A DNA stretch of 64,000 nucleotides from Squalus acanthias (taxonomy: Eukaryota): assembly GCA_030390025.1 (NCBI GenBank), contig CM059432.1, positions 39,248,001-39,312,000 of the forward strand. Reading direction: 5' to 3'. The position numbers were made by a program, and so were the translations under genes. This document shows positions 50,830 through 61,450 of this stretch, one piece after another. The notes under the pieces are model-generated. The model searched no databases. It saw only the letters and a program-made list of their open reading frames with translations, and was not told the DNA's origin. Each line of letters starts with the position of its first letter. Position 1 is the stretch's first letter.

Positions 50830-51556
50830 TAACTCCATATTTCACGGACATGATATATAATTATCCATGGCATAAAAATGTTCCATATAATAGGATATTT
50901 CTGTCCATAAGGAGTAGAATTTAGATGAGGCAAACAGCTTAAGTGATAATGGACAGCCACCGTACTATTCTGATTCGACCAATGCTTGTGAATGCTGTAA
51001 TCTTAGTGCCATTCAAAATGAAAAATCGGAGGAAGCCACGCAATGACCTTTAGTGCAGACTTGATGGGCTGAATGGTCTTTTTTTGTGCTGCGCCATGCT
51101 ATGATCCTATTATTCTGTGAGAAATGTTTTCATCTTCCAGAGATTGTACTGTAGAGGGTCTGATCAAATGCAAAAGTACAGAAAAAATATATGATACAGA
51201 ATTCTCAAAATGCTGTGCTTATGGTGTGCCTGGCCCAAGATGGACAGAAAGCTGATGATCTCAGGACCCATGTGAATGTGGACAGTATTTACACCAGGTC
51301 CTGGCTGCTGTAGAATTCGCAATATATCGCGATTTTATAAATAAGGAGAAAAACACAGAGTTTCGTTCAAACAGCTTTTATTTCAGCGGAATGCTGTCAG
51401 GTTTTCAAAGTGGACACAAGCAGCTTGTAAAATGGCCGCCGCACCTCGTGGCGGAACATTCTAGACTTTTCGACAGGCAGACAAGATGGCGTTCCAATAA
51501 ACATTTGTGCAAGATCGATTAAGACTCAGCACATTGAAGATAATACACGAGACATT

Positions 51557-51619
51557 ATGGGTTTACAGTATACACATAAATACTGAAATCGGTCTCCCAG
51601 GTACGAATAAAAGCTATTG
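51557..51619 (+). repeat. Left copy of the perfect 62-63 bp direct repeat flanking the Harbinger
   Basis: Identical to 56017-56079. Confidence 0.97.
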
Positions 51620-52130
51620 GGGTAAAAATTCAGTTGGTTGCACCTCCCGTTAGCGCCTTAAATGGGCGCTAATGGGGCGTTAAGGCGCTAACGCCCGGGC
51701 GCAGCGCTGTTTGCGCCGCTCGAGAACTTAACTTGAGATTGTGCGGCGGCGCTAAAACTTACCGCTGCGACCACCTGCGCGCGCAGATTGTGACGTCATT
51801 CCGTGGTGCAACGCCCTTGGGGCACCCCGGAGCGGAAATTGAGTGGCGCCCCCTGCCTTACCGCCTGGCGCTTCCAACGACCGGAAGACTGGAACATTAT
51901 CAATCGGTGTGGGGCTGGGGGGGGCGCTATTTAAAGGGGGCCTCTTCCTGTCTTTTTCTGTGGTCGACATTTATGCACCACTCGTTCTGAGAGAGAGAGA
52001 GAGATTCGGAGAGAGAGAGAGAGAGACTTCTACATTGACTCAACGCTTTGTGAGGTAGTTTTGCCTAGTTCATCCTAACTTTGCTGCTACTTTCGTTGCT
52101 GTACCTCATTACTTTTCTGGCAAAGAGAAT

Positions 52131-53291
52131 ATGGGGGCTGCAATGATTGGGGGCGTCGTCCTGCTCCAGCTCAATCGGAGGAGAGTGAGACGCAGACAGA
52201 GAGTGGCAATGATGGCCAGACGGAGGAGGCCCATCAGGCGCATGTACAGGAGAGCTTACCCTCCCAGGGTATATCGTGAACAGCTCTCCTACATCCACAT
52301 GTCCGAGGAGCTGTGTTTGCGAAGGCTGCGATTCAGCAAGGAGGTGGTCACTGAGCTCTGCCACCTGCTGCAGCCAGATCTGCAGCCTCAGCTGAGGTCC
52401 AGGACGTCTCTGTCGGTGGCAGTGAAGGTCACAGTGGCCTTTGAACTTCTACGCCACGGCTCATTCCAAGCTGCTGTTGGGGACCTCGCCAATATCTCCC
52501 AGTTTGCGGTGCATCGCTGCATCCGGCAGGTCACCAATGCCCTCTTCACAAGGAGACGAGACTTCATCTCCTTCCCTATGACCCCAGACAAGCAGCATGA
52601 CCGTGCTATGGGCTTTGCGAGGGTAGCGGGCTTCCCCATGGTGCAGGGCGCCATTGACTGCACGCATGTGGCTTTGCGTGCTCCGCGAGAGAATGCAGAG
52701 GAGTTCCGGAACAGAAAGGGGTTCCATTCCTTGAATGTGCAGTTGGTCTGTGACCACAGACAGGTGATTCTCGCTGTCAATGCCCACTATCCGGGCAGCT
52801 GCCACGATGCTTTCATCCTGCGCCAGAGTACTGTGGCAGAAATTTTCGAGGCACCGCATCAGCCAGTTGGTTGGCTTCTGGGGGACAAGGGGTACGCATT
52901 GAGCACCTGGCTGATGACACCGCTCCGTGCGCCAAACACCCCTGCTGAGCTGCGGTACCAGGAAAGCCAACAAGCAACGAGGAACATTATTGAGCGCACA
53001 ATCGGCGTGCTCAAACAACGATTCCGCTGTCTGGACCATTCCGGAGGAGCCCTGCAGTACTCGCCTGAGCAAGTTTCCAAATTCGTAGTGGTGTGCTGCA
53101 TGTTGCACAACATGGCAATCCTCAGGACGCAGCCAATGCCACCAGGCCTTGCAGCACCACAAGAGGAGGAGGAGGAAGAGGAGGAACAGGCCGAGGACGA
53201 TGATCAGCAGCAGCACCAAGGCAGGAGGGCGGCCCACAATGGTCAAACTGCAAGGGCCGTCCGTCAACGACTAATAGCAAGCCGCTTCTAG
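52131..53291 (+). CDS. Harbinger DDE transposase (HARBI1-like), 386 aa
   Basis: Open ATG-to-TAG frame; catalytic motifs GAIDCTH, LLGDKGY, RNIIERTIGVLKQRFRCL; CCMLHN; acidic tail. Confidence 0.93.
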   Translation: MGAAMIGGVVLLQLNRRRVRRRQRVAMMARRRRPIRRMYRRAYPPRVYREQLSYIHMSEELCLRRLRFSKEVVTELCHLLQPDLQPQLRSRTSLSVAVKVTVAFELLRHGSFQAAVGDLANISQFAVHRCIRQVTNALFTRRRDFISFPMTPDKQHDRAMGFARVAGFPMVQGAIDCTHVALRAPRENAEEFRNRKGFHSLNVQLVCDHRQVILAVNAHYPGSCHDAFILRQSTVAEIFEAPHQPVGWLLGDKGYALSTWLMTPLRAPNTPAELRYQESQQATRNIIERTIGVLKQRFRCLDHSGGALQYSPEQVSKFVVVCCMLHNMAILRTQPMPPGLAAPQEEEEEEEEQAEDDDQQQHQGRRAAHNGQTARAVRQRLIASRF

Positions 53292-53585
53292 GGCCCCTGC
53301 CAGTGCTACAAACACGAATCAACCCAGCACGCAACCCCTAAGCCGGCCAAGGCACCAATAATTCCAACCACCAGCCATGTATATTTTGAATACAGAAACT
53401 TATTTATTGTACAAACTCTGTGTGTGTCAATTCCTCATGACAAACTCATAGAAATAAACACAAAAAAACAGTCAATAACATAACTGGTTCTCACAACCTG
53501 GAGATAATGTCCAAAACACTAAACAAAAGTTGGGCCATGAACCTCGGCCTTTAATAAAAAAATGACCAGCATTTTGGCACACCTC

Positions 53586-55658
53586 CTACTTTTTGCCCTT
53601 CGAGGGTGATCTCCTTCCCTTGCGCACTTCCCCCCTTCTAACCCTACTGTTCCTCCGTAATGGGACCTCAGTGGCTGCAGCAAGGCTGGTGGAAGGCTGC
53701 TGCTTGTCAGACCCTGACACTGCAGATGCCCCTGAAGGACGGCCTCGACCACTTCTGGGCCTGGAGGGCCCGGCTGCAGACTGCACCAACTCTGCATGGG
53801 CGGCAGCAGTCTGTCCTACAGGCGGTGGCAAGTGCAGTGGAGAAGTGACAGTGTTGGCAGCAGGAATGCTGTCATCGTGAGAGAGGACAGCAACTCCCTG
53901 CTCGCCCGACACACTGGCACTCCCACGGGGCAGCACTTCAGCATCCGGAGCAATTTGCCGGAGAACAGATTGCTGGCCTGCTGCGGCGCGGTGACAGCCC
54001 CGGGGACATGTGCACGAACCATCGAGGATGGCAGCAGTCAGTGCTCGCGTGGCCTCAATCTGAGTCTGCATGAGAGCAGGCTCAGATGGGTTCCTGGCAG
54101 CCAGTGACTGAATTGCAGCACTAAGCTTTAGTGTGGCATCCGCCTGTGCTACAGCGAAGTGCTCCACACTCCTTGCCAGTGCCTCAATGCATTCGGGCAC
54201 CCTTCCCACTGCACCCATGAGCTCAGTGTGCATGACCACCGCCTGGCTGTTCATTTCTGCAATCAGCCGCTCCTCCTCTGCGTCCATTGCATTAGGAGTG
54301 TCTGGCATACTCTCCCTCTGGGGAGAAGGCTCCCGTTCTTCCCTCCCCCCCCCATGGCGTTGCTGCAGCCCGCTGGGTCCTGGAACTTCACCATCATCAG
54401 CCCCTTCCCCCCTGCTCCCCCGTTCTTCCCTCCCCCCCCCCATGGCGTTGCTGCAGCCCGCTGGGTCCTGGAACTTCACCATCATCAGCCCCTTCCCCCC
54501 TGCTCCCCTCCGGGGAAGGCGTGTTCCCAGTGTGGCCATGGGCTTCCTCGGGAGAGGGTGGCACTGATGCTCCGGCTTCCTCTTCCTCCTCAGCTGCAGC
54601 ATCACTCCCAGTGGCAGCTTCAGGGACCATCTCCTCAGCTGGTGAATCACCATCTGAAAGCAGGGAGGTACAAGAGTGGCTTTAGCGTGAGGACAGGGTG
54701 GCAGTAAGGGAGGAATAAGTGCAGCGAGTTAGCAAGTTGGATTGAAAGTGTCAAAGGCTGGTATTGTGAGGGACAAGTGGAAGGACAGAGGACAAAAAGG
54801 TGATGACCTTAGCATTGCTGTCCACAACGGGGTCGGCGTCTCCAGTGGCGACGGGACCGATCACCCGGCTTGCCACAATCCTGTGGACGCGCTCCTCCAG
54901 ATCGCTGAGGGGTTGCAGCTGAAGCCGCCCTCCACCCGTCCGTTGCTGCTGTCTCCGATTATGAGCCAGCTTAGCCTGCAAGAAAAAGGACAGCATCTGA
55001 GTCAATATACAGCCATGGTCTTGCCTGATGTGCCTCCCATAGGTGAATAGCCCTTACTGTATGCAGCCATGGTCTTGCCTGATGTGCCTCCCATAGGTGA
55101 ATAGCCCTTACTGTATGCAGCCATGGTCTTGCCTGATGTGCCTCCCATAGGTGAATAGCCCTTACTGTATGCAGCCATGGTCTTGCCTGATGTGCCTCCC
55201 ATAGGTGAATAGCCCTTACTGTATGCAGCCATGGTCTTGCCTGATGTGCCTCCCATAGGTGAATAGCCCTTACTGTATGCAAAGTGTGGAATGTGTGTGT
55301 GTGTTTGATGAAAGGGCCATAGGTGTTGCATGAGTGTTGTGCATTGGGGTTTTAAGACCCTCTGGCCATAGAGTGAGGTTGAGATGGAGGGATGGAGAGG
55401 TATTGAGAAAAAGCCACTCACCCTGACGACCCGAGTGAGGTCGTTGAACTTTTTGCGGCACTGGACATGGGTCCTGGGCACCATGCTCCTGGAGGAGACG
55501 CTCTGAGCCACCTCCCTCCACACTCTTCTGAACTCGCGTGGCAAAGGCCTCCTGCCACTCTCCGGGAACAGCATGCATCGTCTGCGCTCCACTGCGTCAA
55601 CCAGAGCATCCAAGGCCCGCTCGGTGAAGCGATGAGCGCGTTCTCTCACCCTCTCCAT
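53586..55658 (-). CDS. Harbinger Myb/SANT-like DNA-binding protein, 3 exons (55658-55422, 54975-54813 or 54808, 54653-53586)
   Basis: RAHRFTERALDALV...WREVAQSV...RTHVQCRKKFNDL; AGG|GTGAGT donor; TTGCAG and TTTCAG acceptors; same layout as the other copies; exon-2 donor and exon-3 frame uncertain. Confidence 0.8.
54334..54508. repeat. Tandem duplication (87 bp plus 88 bp) in Myb exon 3
   Basis: Two copies identical except for a C9 versus C10 run. Confidence 0.93.
55010..55279. repeat. Five perfect 54-bp tandem repeats in Myb intron 1
   Basis: Unit CAGCCATGGTCTTGCCTGATGTGCCTCCCATAGGTGAATAGCCCTTACTGTATG at 55010, 55064, 55118, 55172, 55226. Confidence 0.97.
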
Positions 55659-56016
55659 GCTTGGCAGCAAAATGGATTACAGGTCTCTCCAGGCTGAGAT
55701 TCAAGGCTGCAATGAGCAGGGTGTGGCTGGGGAGCAAGTGGCCCCCCCCGCTTTAAGAAGTGTCCGGCGCCAGTGTGTCTGTGTTCCCTCGCTAACTGGC
55801 AGCAGCTGCGCTGCGCTCATGCGCTGAGTTAGCGCCTCACTCCTAGGCCTTTGCGCCTTAAGAGAGGTGTGCAGCGCCTAATTTAGCGCTCCACTCACCT
55901 CCCGGGGCGGTAAAAGTGAAGTTTCCTGTCAGTGCCGATAATTAGCGCCAGGCGCTAATATTTGCGCGCGGACGATATTTGCGCCCCAAATGGGGCGCGA
56001 CCTAATTTCTACCCCC

Positions 56017-56079
56017 ATGGGTTTACAGTATACACATAAATACTGAAATCGGTCTCCCAGGTACGAATAAAAGCTATTG
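56017..56079 (+). repeat. Right copy of the 62-63 bp direct repeat
   Basis: Identical to 51557-51619. Confidence 0.97.
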
Positions 56080-56344
56080 TACCAAGTAATCAAGAACCCA
56101 TCCAAAGACATTAATATGTAGAATCCCAACGACTCTACGATGAGAGAGCCGTTAGCGGGTAGTTACAGAAAACACTTGGAAGCCCCAAAACCCCTCCAGG
56201 GAGAACACCGACCGATTAAACAATGGGAGAAATATTAACAGGTACTCAGACAATTACGAGTAGCCCCGAAACCCATTAAAACGGAGATCACCCTATACAA
56301 GACATTTGAGCGCCAAACCCTAACAAAAGAAAAGACATTAAGGT

Positions 56345-56400
56345 TGGGCGGGAAACGGAAGATTTTGTACTATAATTACAAGCTCCAAACCGTCCATCTT
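56345..56400 (+). promoter_or_regulatory. Putative LTR core promoter
   Basis: GGGCGG GC box, CGGAAG ETS-like site, TATAATTA, then a pyrimidine-rich initiator-like stretch about 25 nt downstream. Confidence 0.45.
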
Positions 56401-56640
56401 TCTCTTGACTCTTATCCTCTTATCTTGCTGGTGTTTATCCTCGTGGCTGCTCCTGTGCTCTTGACTCGCCGTCTTGTTCCTGCTTGCCTCGTGTCTCTTT
56501 TCAAAAGACTGTTGAACTTTACGATCCGCTCAGATCTACCTCGTGTCGTGTCGCGAAGACCTGTGTAGAACTGGGCTCTGAAGCCTTGAAGCGGGCGCAC
56601 CATCCGATAAGTCGGTAAACGGTGTTGGAACCGAAGGCCC

Positions 56641-56676
56641 GAGATGAGATGAGATGAGATGAGATGAGATGAGATG
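56641..56676 (+). repeat. (GAGAT)7 microsatellite
   Basis: Direct reading. Confidence 0.95.
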
Positions 56677-57561
56677 AAAGAGAAGAAGACCATACTTATC
56701 GCCACGGTCAGTAAGCCCCGACCGCGCCTGTAGGTCGAATAGACATTTTCCTTGCCAGGAAGACTTCTTTGAGTTCTACAGAACTGACACAGGAAGACTA
56801 TTCTTCGAGTTTTATCGCATCCGTGCGAGGGCACAGGAAGACTCTTTTTTGAGTAGAGTCGGAACTCCGAGGACAACACAGATCTTCATGACAGCAGACG
56901 TTCCAGCCTGCTAGCCGGAGCAGAAACGAGTAAACAAGTGGGGCCAGGAGACCCCCTGATCGACACGTGGGCGCTGCGGTGAAAAACATCCGATCAGAGG
57001 TTTTCGGAATTCTCCGAGTTATCACGAGTGGTGAGCATGAGTCTCGAATCCTACGAATCTAGCTAGGACAGATATTGATAGGGGAGGGTTTTCAAGTACT
57101 AAGGATAACTGTAATGTGTGCCCCCATTTATGATGTGTCGTTCGTTCCTCGTTTCCCCGAAATTAATTACATAACGGCGTGTAAGATTGTACTGTCATTA
57201 ATCTGTGCTTATGACATGTATATCGTAATCTTAAGTATTATGCAATAAAGATTTTCCATTTCGTACCATTCAAGCGAGTCTACCTGAGTTTCATCTCCAT
57301 TACTGCTCTCGCATCTAAGTCCAGTGTCTAGAACCGTAAGGGCGAGTGGGTCGAACCACTCACAGGGGTGTCGAGTGTTCCCAGACTGGCTGGAGACCAG
57401 AACAGGCAACAAGGCCTAAACCCGCACTAGCACCTGGGCTGCACAGAGCCACACGAATCTCACAGGCTGAGAGACATTCAAGAAACCCTTACACTGCAGT
57501 GCAGAAAGAAATGTAATTACCTAAGCAGGAGTGCCAAGGTAAGACTGCCAGTCATATCTGT

Positions 57562-57996
57562 GTCAGCCGTGGCTCAGTGGGTAGCACACTCGCCTCTGAG
57601 TCAGAAGGTTGTGGGTTCTACGTCCCACTCCAGGGACTTGAGCACATAAAGCTAGGCTGACACTCCAGTGCAGTGCTGACGGAGTGCTGCACTGTCGGAG
57701 GTGCCATCTTTCAGATGAGACGTTAAACCGAGGCCCTGTCTGCTCTCTCAGGTGGACGTAAAAGATCCCATGGCACTATTTCAAAGAAGAGCAGGGGAGT
57801 TATCCCCAGTGTCCTGGGCCAATATTTATCCCTCAATCAACATAACAAAAACAGATTACCTGGTCATTATCACATTGCTGTTTCCCACATTACAACAGTG
57901 ACTGCACGCCAAAAAAGTACTTCATTGGCTGTAAAGCGCTTTGGACGTCCGGTGGTCATGAAAGGCTCTATATAAATGTAAGTATTTCTTTCTTTC
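57562..57996 (+). mobile_element. Near full-length tRNA-headed Deu-domain SINE
   Basis: A box TGGCTCAGTGGG, degenerate B box GGTTCTACGTCCC, Deu core GGTGCCATCTTTCAGATGAGACGTTAAACCGAGG, (TTTC)n tail. Confidence 0.88.
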
Positions 57997-58159
57997 TCAT
58001 TCTTTCTGCTCTGTCCCACATAACCCATACTTTCACCTCTACACCATCATTTCTTTTTCTGCTTCCCATGGTTTCCCACAGGTTAGCAGTGAAGCCGTCA
58101 CTGTACCTCCTTTCTACTTTCATTTGAACACTCAAAAGCTGCCACTGCCTTGACAACTA

Positions 58160-60620
58160 CATTACCCTCTTGGCCAAATTTGCTGCTTTTGCCTGACCAT
58201 GCCCTCTATGGTTATTAGGCTCATACATGCCAAGGGCTGAAACCCCAAGTATTTCACTCTTCTTGCAGAAGAAGCCTTCCCTATGGAGGAGGCCATCATT
58301 GACATCTTGGGACAAGATGACACAGTCGGCAATAGAGATGGTGAAGCTGTTGGCTTGGTCACATAGCAAGGTTTGTCGGCATCATCGCTTTCTTTTCTCT
58401 TCCTGCTTCACTCTTTCACTTACACTCTCATTCAACTTTTGAACTTGATCTGACGTGCGCTTGCTATCCAAACTTTATCCTAACCTTGTCCTTCTCCACT
58501 TTCCATAGGTCCATCAGAGGTCTTAGACACTAGTGCCAGACAAAGTGAAAATAAAAACCTTGATAAGTTGCACCATGACTTGTTTTTACTCTGCCGAGTG
58601 ACTTAGTGACTTGGAGGGGGGTGTACTGGATGAATCACTGAGTACTGTACATGGGGGCAGATGCACATGGAGGTAACAAGGAAAGCAAATGGACAAGCTA
58701 TCCAGAGGGCCAATTCATGCCCTAGCTCTGCTAAAAAGGAAAAAAGATGCAGACTTCTGTGACCAGCATTTTAAAAACAGAATGCTTTCTATGTACCAGC
58801 AATTGCTGAAGACATTGAACATTTGCTAGAGAGCTTCAAACACAAAATATAGTATAGTGGAGTCCACTTGTGGTTGGAGTTTCATGCATGGCATTGAAAC
58901 TACAGTCATTCATGGAGCGTGTGATCAACTTGGGGCCTTTTGCAGCTGAGTCGTCCCACACTGGAGTCTGAGATGTCAGTAACAGCATCTCAAAGGGATA
59001 TTTATACTGGAGCCATGCAGGCCCTGGGCTCAACCATTGGCTCTGCTACACACAAGCAGCTGGGAGATCAAATTGATAGGACTTCAGTCAGCTCAATACG
59101 CTCCTCAAGTCTTCTGTCCTGCAGTTAGGTGAGCATGTTGAGCTGCAGTTCAGTAGTTGGGGCAGTCGTGCAATGGGGCTGGGGAATGTTGCTATCTCTC
59201 AGGTTGACACCACCGCTGTAGTCTTGAGACCTTCACAACAAATGCTCACCTTGCTGCCAAAAAGCAACTGAGCCAGACTGTCCCTTTAGATACTGAGTTG
59301 TTGCAGTCTGCAGCTGGGCCCTCTCAGACCCAAGTTCACAGAGGTGCCTGACCATGAACATCTCAAGAGCCCTGGATTGAGCCTCAGCAATCTCCCATGG
59401 TCAAGCCGCTAGAGGAGTACCTTGTGGAAGCACTAGAGTAGGTAAACAAGTACTTCCGTCAAGCACTAGAGGCAAACACTAGGGCGGAAAGAAGTAGACA
59501 GGCATTTTTTTCTAATATAAATAAACCCATAATGCTATTTGCAGTGCTTGTGTGCAGAGAGTGTTGGCTTGTGACCTTTGAATGTGATGTGACATGAATG
59601 GCAGTTTTGGCTCAGTTTCCTTGGCATCCTCTATGTCGTCAGGGTCCTTCCGTTTATGAGGCTGACGGCTGTCCTCCACTGGTGCCCCGTGTGCTATCCT
59701 TGTTGCACATCGAAGTTATGCAGGATGCAGTGCACTACGATGAAATAGGTTGTATTGGAGAAAGCCACCAGAAAAGTCCAGGCATCTGAAACATTGCTTC
59801 AGAACTCCAATGGTCTGCTGAGTGAGGGTCTAGTTGAAGCATGGATCTGATTTTCAGTGTTCCACTGCTAAGCATGGAATTCTCAGAGGTGTCATCAGCC
59901 AGGCATGCAGGTGATAGCCCTTGTCTCCAAGGAACTAACCTTGAATTTGCTGTTCAGGGTTTAACAGTGGGGAAACGGAAGGCTGACACAAGATAAAAGT
60001 GTCATGGCAATTGCCAGGAAAGTGGGTGCAAACCTGCATGATATCTTGCGAATCATCACACAGCATTTGCACATTTCTGAAGTAGTGAACTCTTTGTGAT
60101 TCATGAAGGCAGCAGGTTTGTGGGCAGCAACACACAGAACTTATGCATGCTGCCGATGATGCCTCGAACTTGGGGGAAGTCCTGCAATCATAGCATATGT
60201 CCATGAGGAAAGTGATGATGTGTTTGCTGTAGCAAATAAGGCATCAGTCACTTGTTTAATACTAGCATGGACTACAGACTAACTGATGTTACTGATATCC
60301 CCTGTGAGAGCCAGGGAAGAATCAGAGACCAGGGCTGCTGCAATGCAGTGCTTGCTCTGGTAGTTGGCTACAGATCTTCTTGTCAGATGTGACCCAAGTT
60401 TGTCACTGGTTCCCTGAAGAAGTGAAGCCTCCTTAAACATTGCTCCCCAGAGAACTGTTCTCCTGAGCCTATACGAGCAGGCCTTCTTCCACTTGCGGCC
60501 ATTCCAGCTGCAGCTGTGTCCTTCCTCCTCCTGCCAGAGTGAGATTCCAGGAAGTACCGCCATGAAGGAAAAGGCTAGGCTATGTAAGTTTCTAAATGGA
60601 CAAATCAAGTGGTAATAAAC
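58160..60620. mobile_element. Old, heavily decayed Harbinger (Myb remnants on +, transposase remnants on -)
   Basis: PMEEAIIDILG exon-2-like piece; - strand NVQMLCD..QDIMQVCTHFPGNCHDTFIL, GDKGY (rc of ATAGCCCTTGTCTCC) and CILHNF relics; ends not found. Confidence 0.7.
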
Positions 60621-61099
60621 TGATAGGTCAAATACAAGATGCTCCTAATTCTGCCCTAAGCAATATTTTCAGAGCAATTTTTAAGGCATTCTAATCTCTG
60701 TGAAATAGAAAATTGCTGCATGTCTCAAAAAATTATAGTCAAATGATCTATTCAAGAAACTGTTGCTGAGTGAGCTGAGAAAACTGGGGGGTAAATGGCT
60801 GTTGATAAGATACAGGTCTGATAATCCCTTAGAAAATATCATTTGAATACACATTTATCCCTGTAGAATTCCTGATAATAACTGTGATAGATCAGAGACC
60901 TGGCGTGCTTCATGTAATAACAGTTTGAATTTTAATATTACTTTATTTAAAATCTACAGCATGTCAGGTTTGCGCCAACTTTAAAATAGCTTAAAAAATT
61001 ACATTTTTCAGGAATTTAGGAACATAAGAATTGCTAGACGATAAAGGACCAACGTCCATTTAGATCACTGGGCAGGACAGTTCAAATAAGGCAAGTCAC

Positions 61100-61450
61100 T
61101 TGCCCCCTCTGATCCTGCTGCCTTCCCGCTGTGTCCCGATATTAACCTGCTTTTTTGAGCAGGCGAGCAGGTCACCCGCAGGAAGGAAGCAGGAGCCAGT
61201 CTGCAATTTTAGTTGAAGGCCTGAGCGAAGGAGTAATGACGGCTCCCTCGTCAGGCAAGCCTATCGGGAGCTGAATCGTGGGCCACAAGAGGCCCAGAAG
61301 GTAAGTTTACAAGTTTTATTTTAAGTTTTCTTTTGGGCCAGGAGAGGCAGGATTGCTCCTCTGGGTCTCACAAGGAAATCTTGGGCATCCCTTGCACCAG
61401 GCTACCCCCTCAACATCGCAGCCAGACCCGATCATTCCCAGCCCACCCCG
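61100..61450. mobile_element. Family-D-like MITE arm leading into the satellite
   Basis: GAAGGTAAGTTT...GGGCCAGGAGAGGCAGGATTGCTCC...CACAAGGAAATCTTGGG similar to 25990-26085. Confidence 0.5.

Larger units (their letters stand above)
51619..56015. mobile_element. Near-intact autonomous-type PIF/Harbinger transposon (about 4.4 kb)
   Basis: TIRs GGGGTAAAAATT / AATTTCTACCCC; open transposase ORF and convergent spliced Myb/SANT gene; CpG-rich arms. Confidence 0.95.
51309..57464 (+). mobile_element. Probable solo LTR (about 1.7 kb when rejoined), split by the Harbinger insertion
   Basis: TG...CA ends with imperfect IR TGTAGAATTCG / CGAATCTCACA; flanks GGCTGC / GGCTGA; GC box and TATA-like motif at 56345-56377; AATAAA at 57244; CpG-rich. 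Confidence 0.62.

Noticed and set aside
52388..53267. Long antisense ORFs over transposase, CR1 and Penelope sequences
   Set aside because: Shadow frames of GC-rich coding sequence
52131..53291. Calling this the host gene HARBI1 (or the Myb gene NAIF1/MSANTD)
   Set aside because: It lies between TIRs with a convergent Myb partner and has many decayed paralogues nearby, so it is a transposon copy
56412..56879. 155-aa antisense ORF in the putative LTR
   Set aside because: Non-ATG start, spans a microsatellite, no recognisable domain
57562..57635. tRNA gene
   Set aside because: It is the tRNA-derived head of a SINE, continuous with the Deu core; B box degenerate
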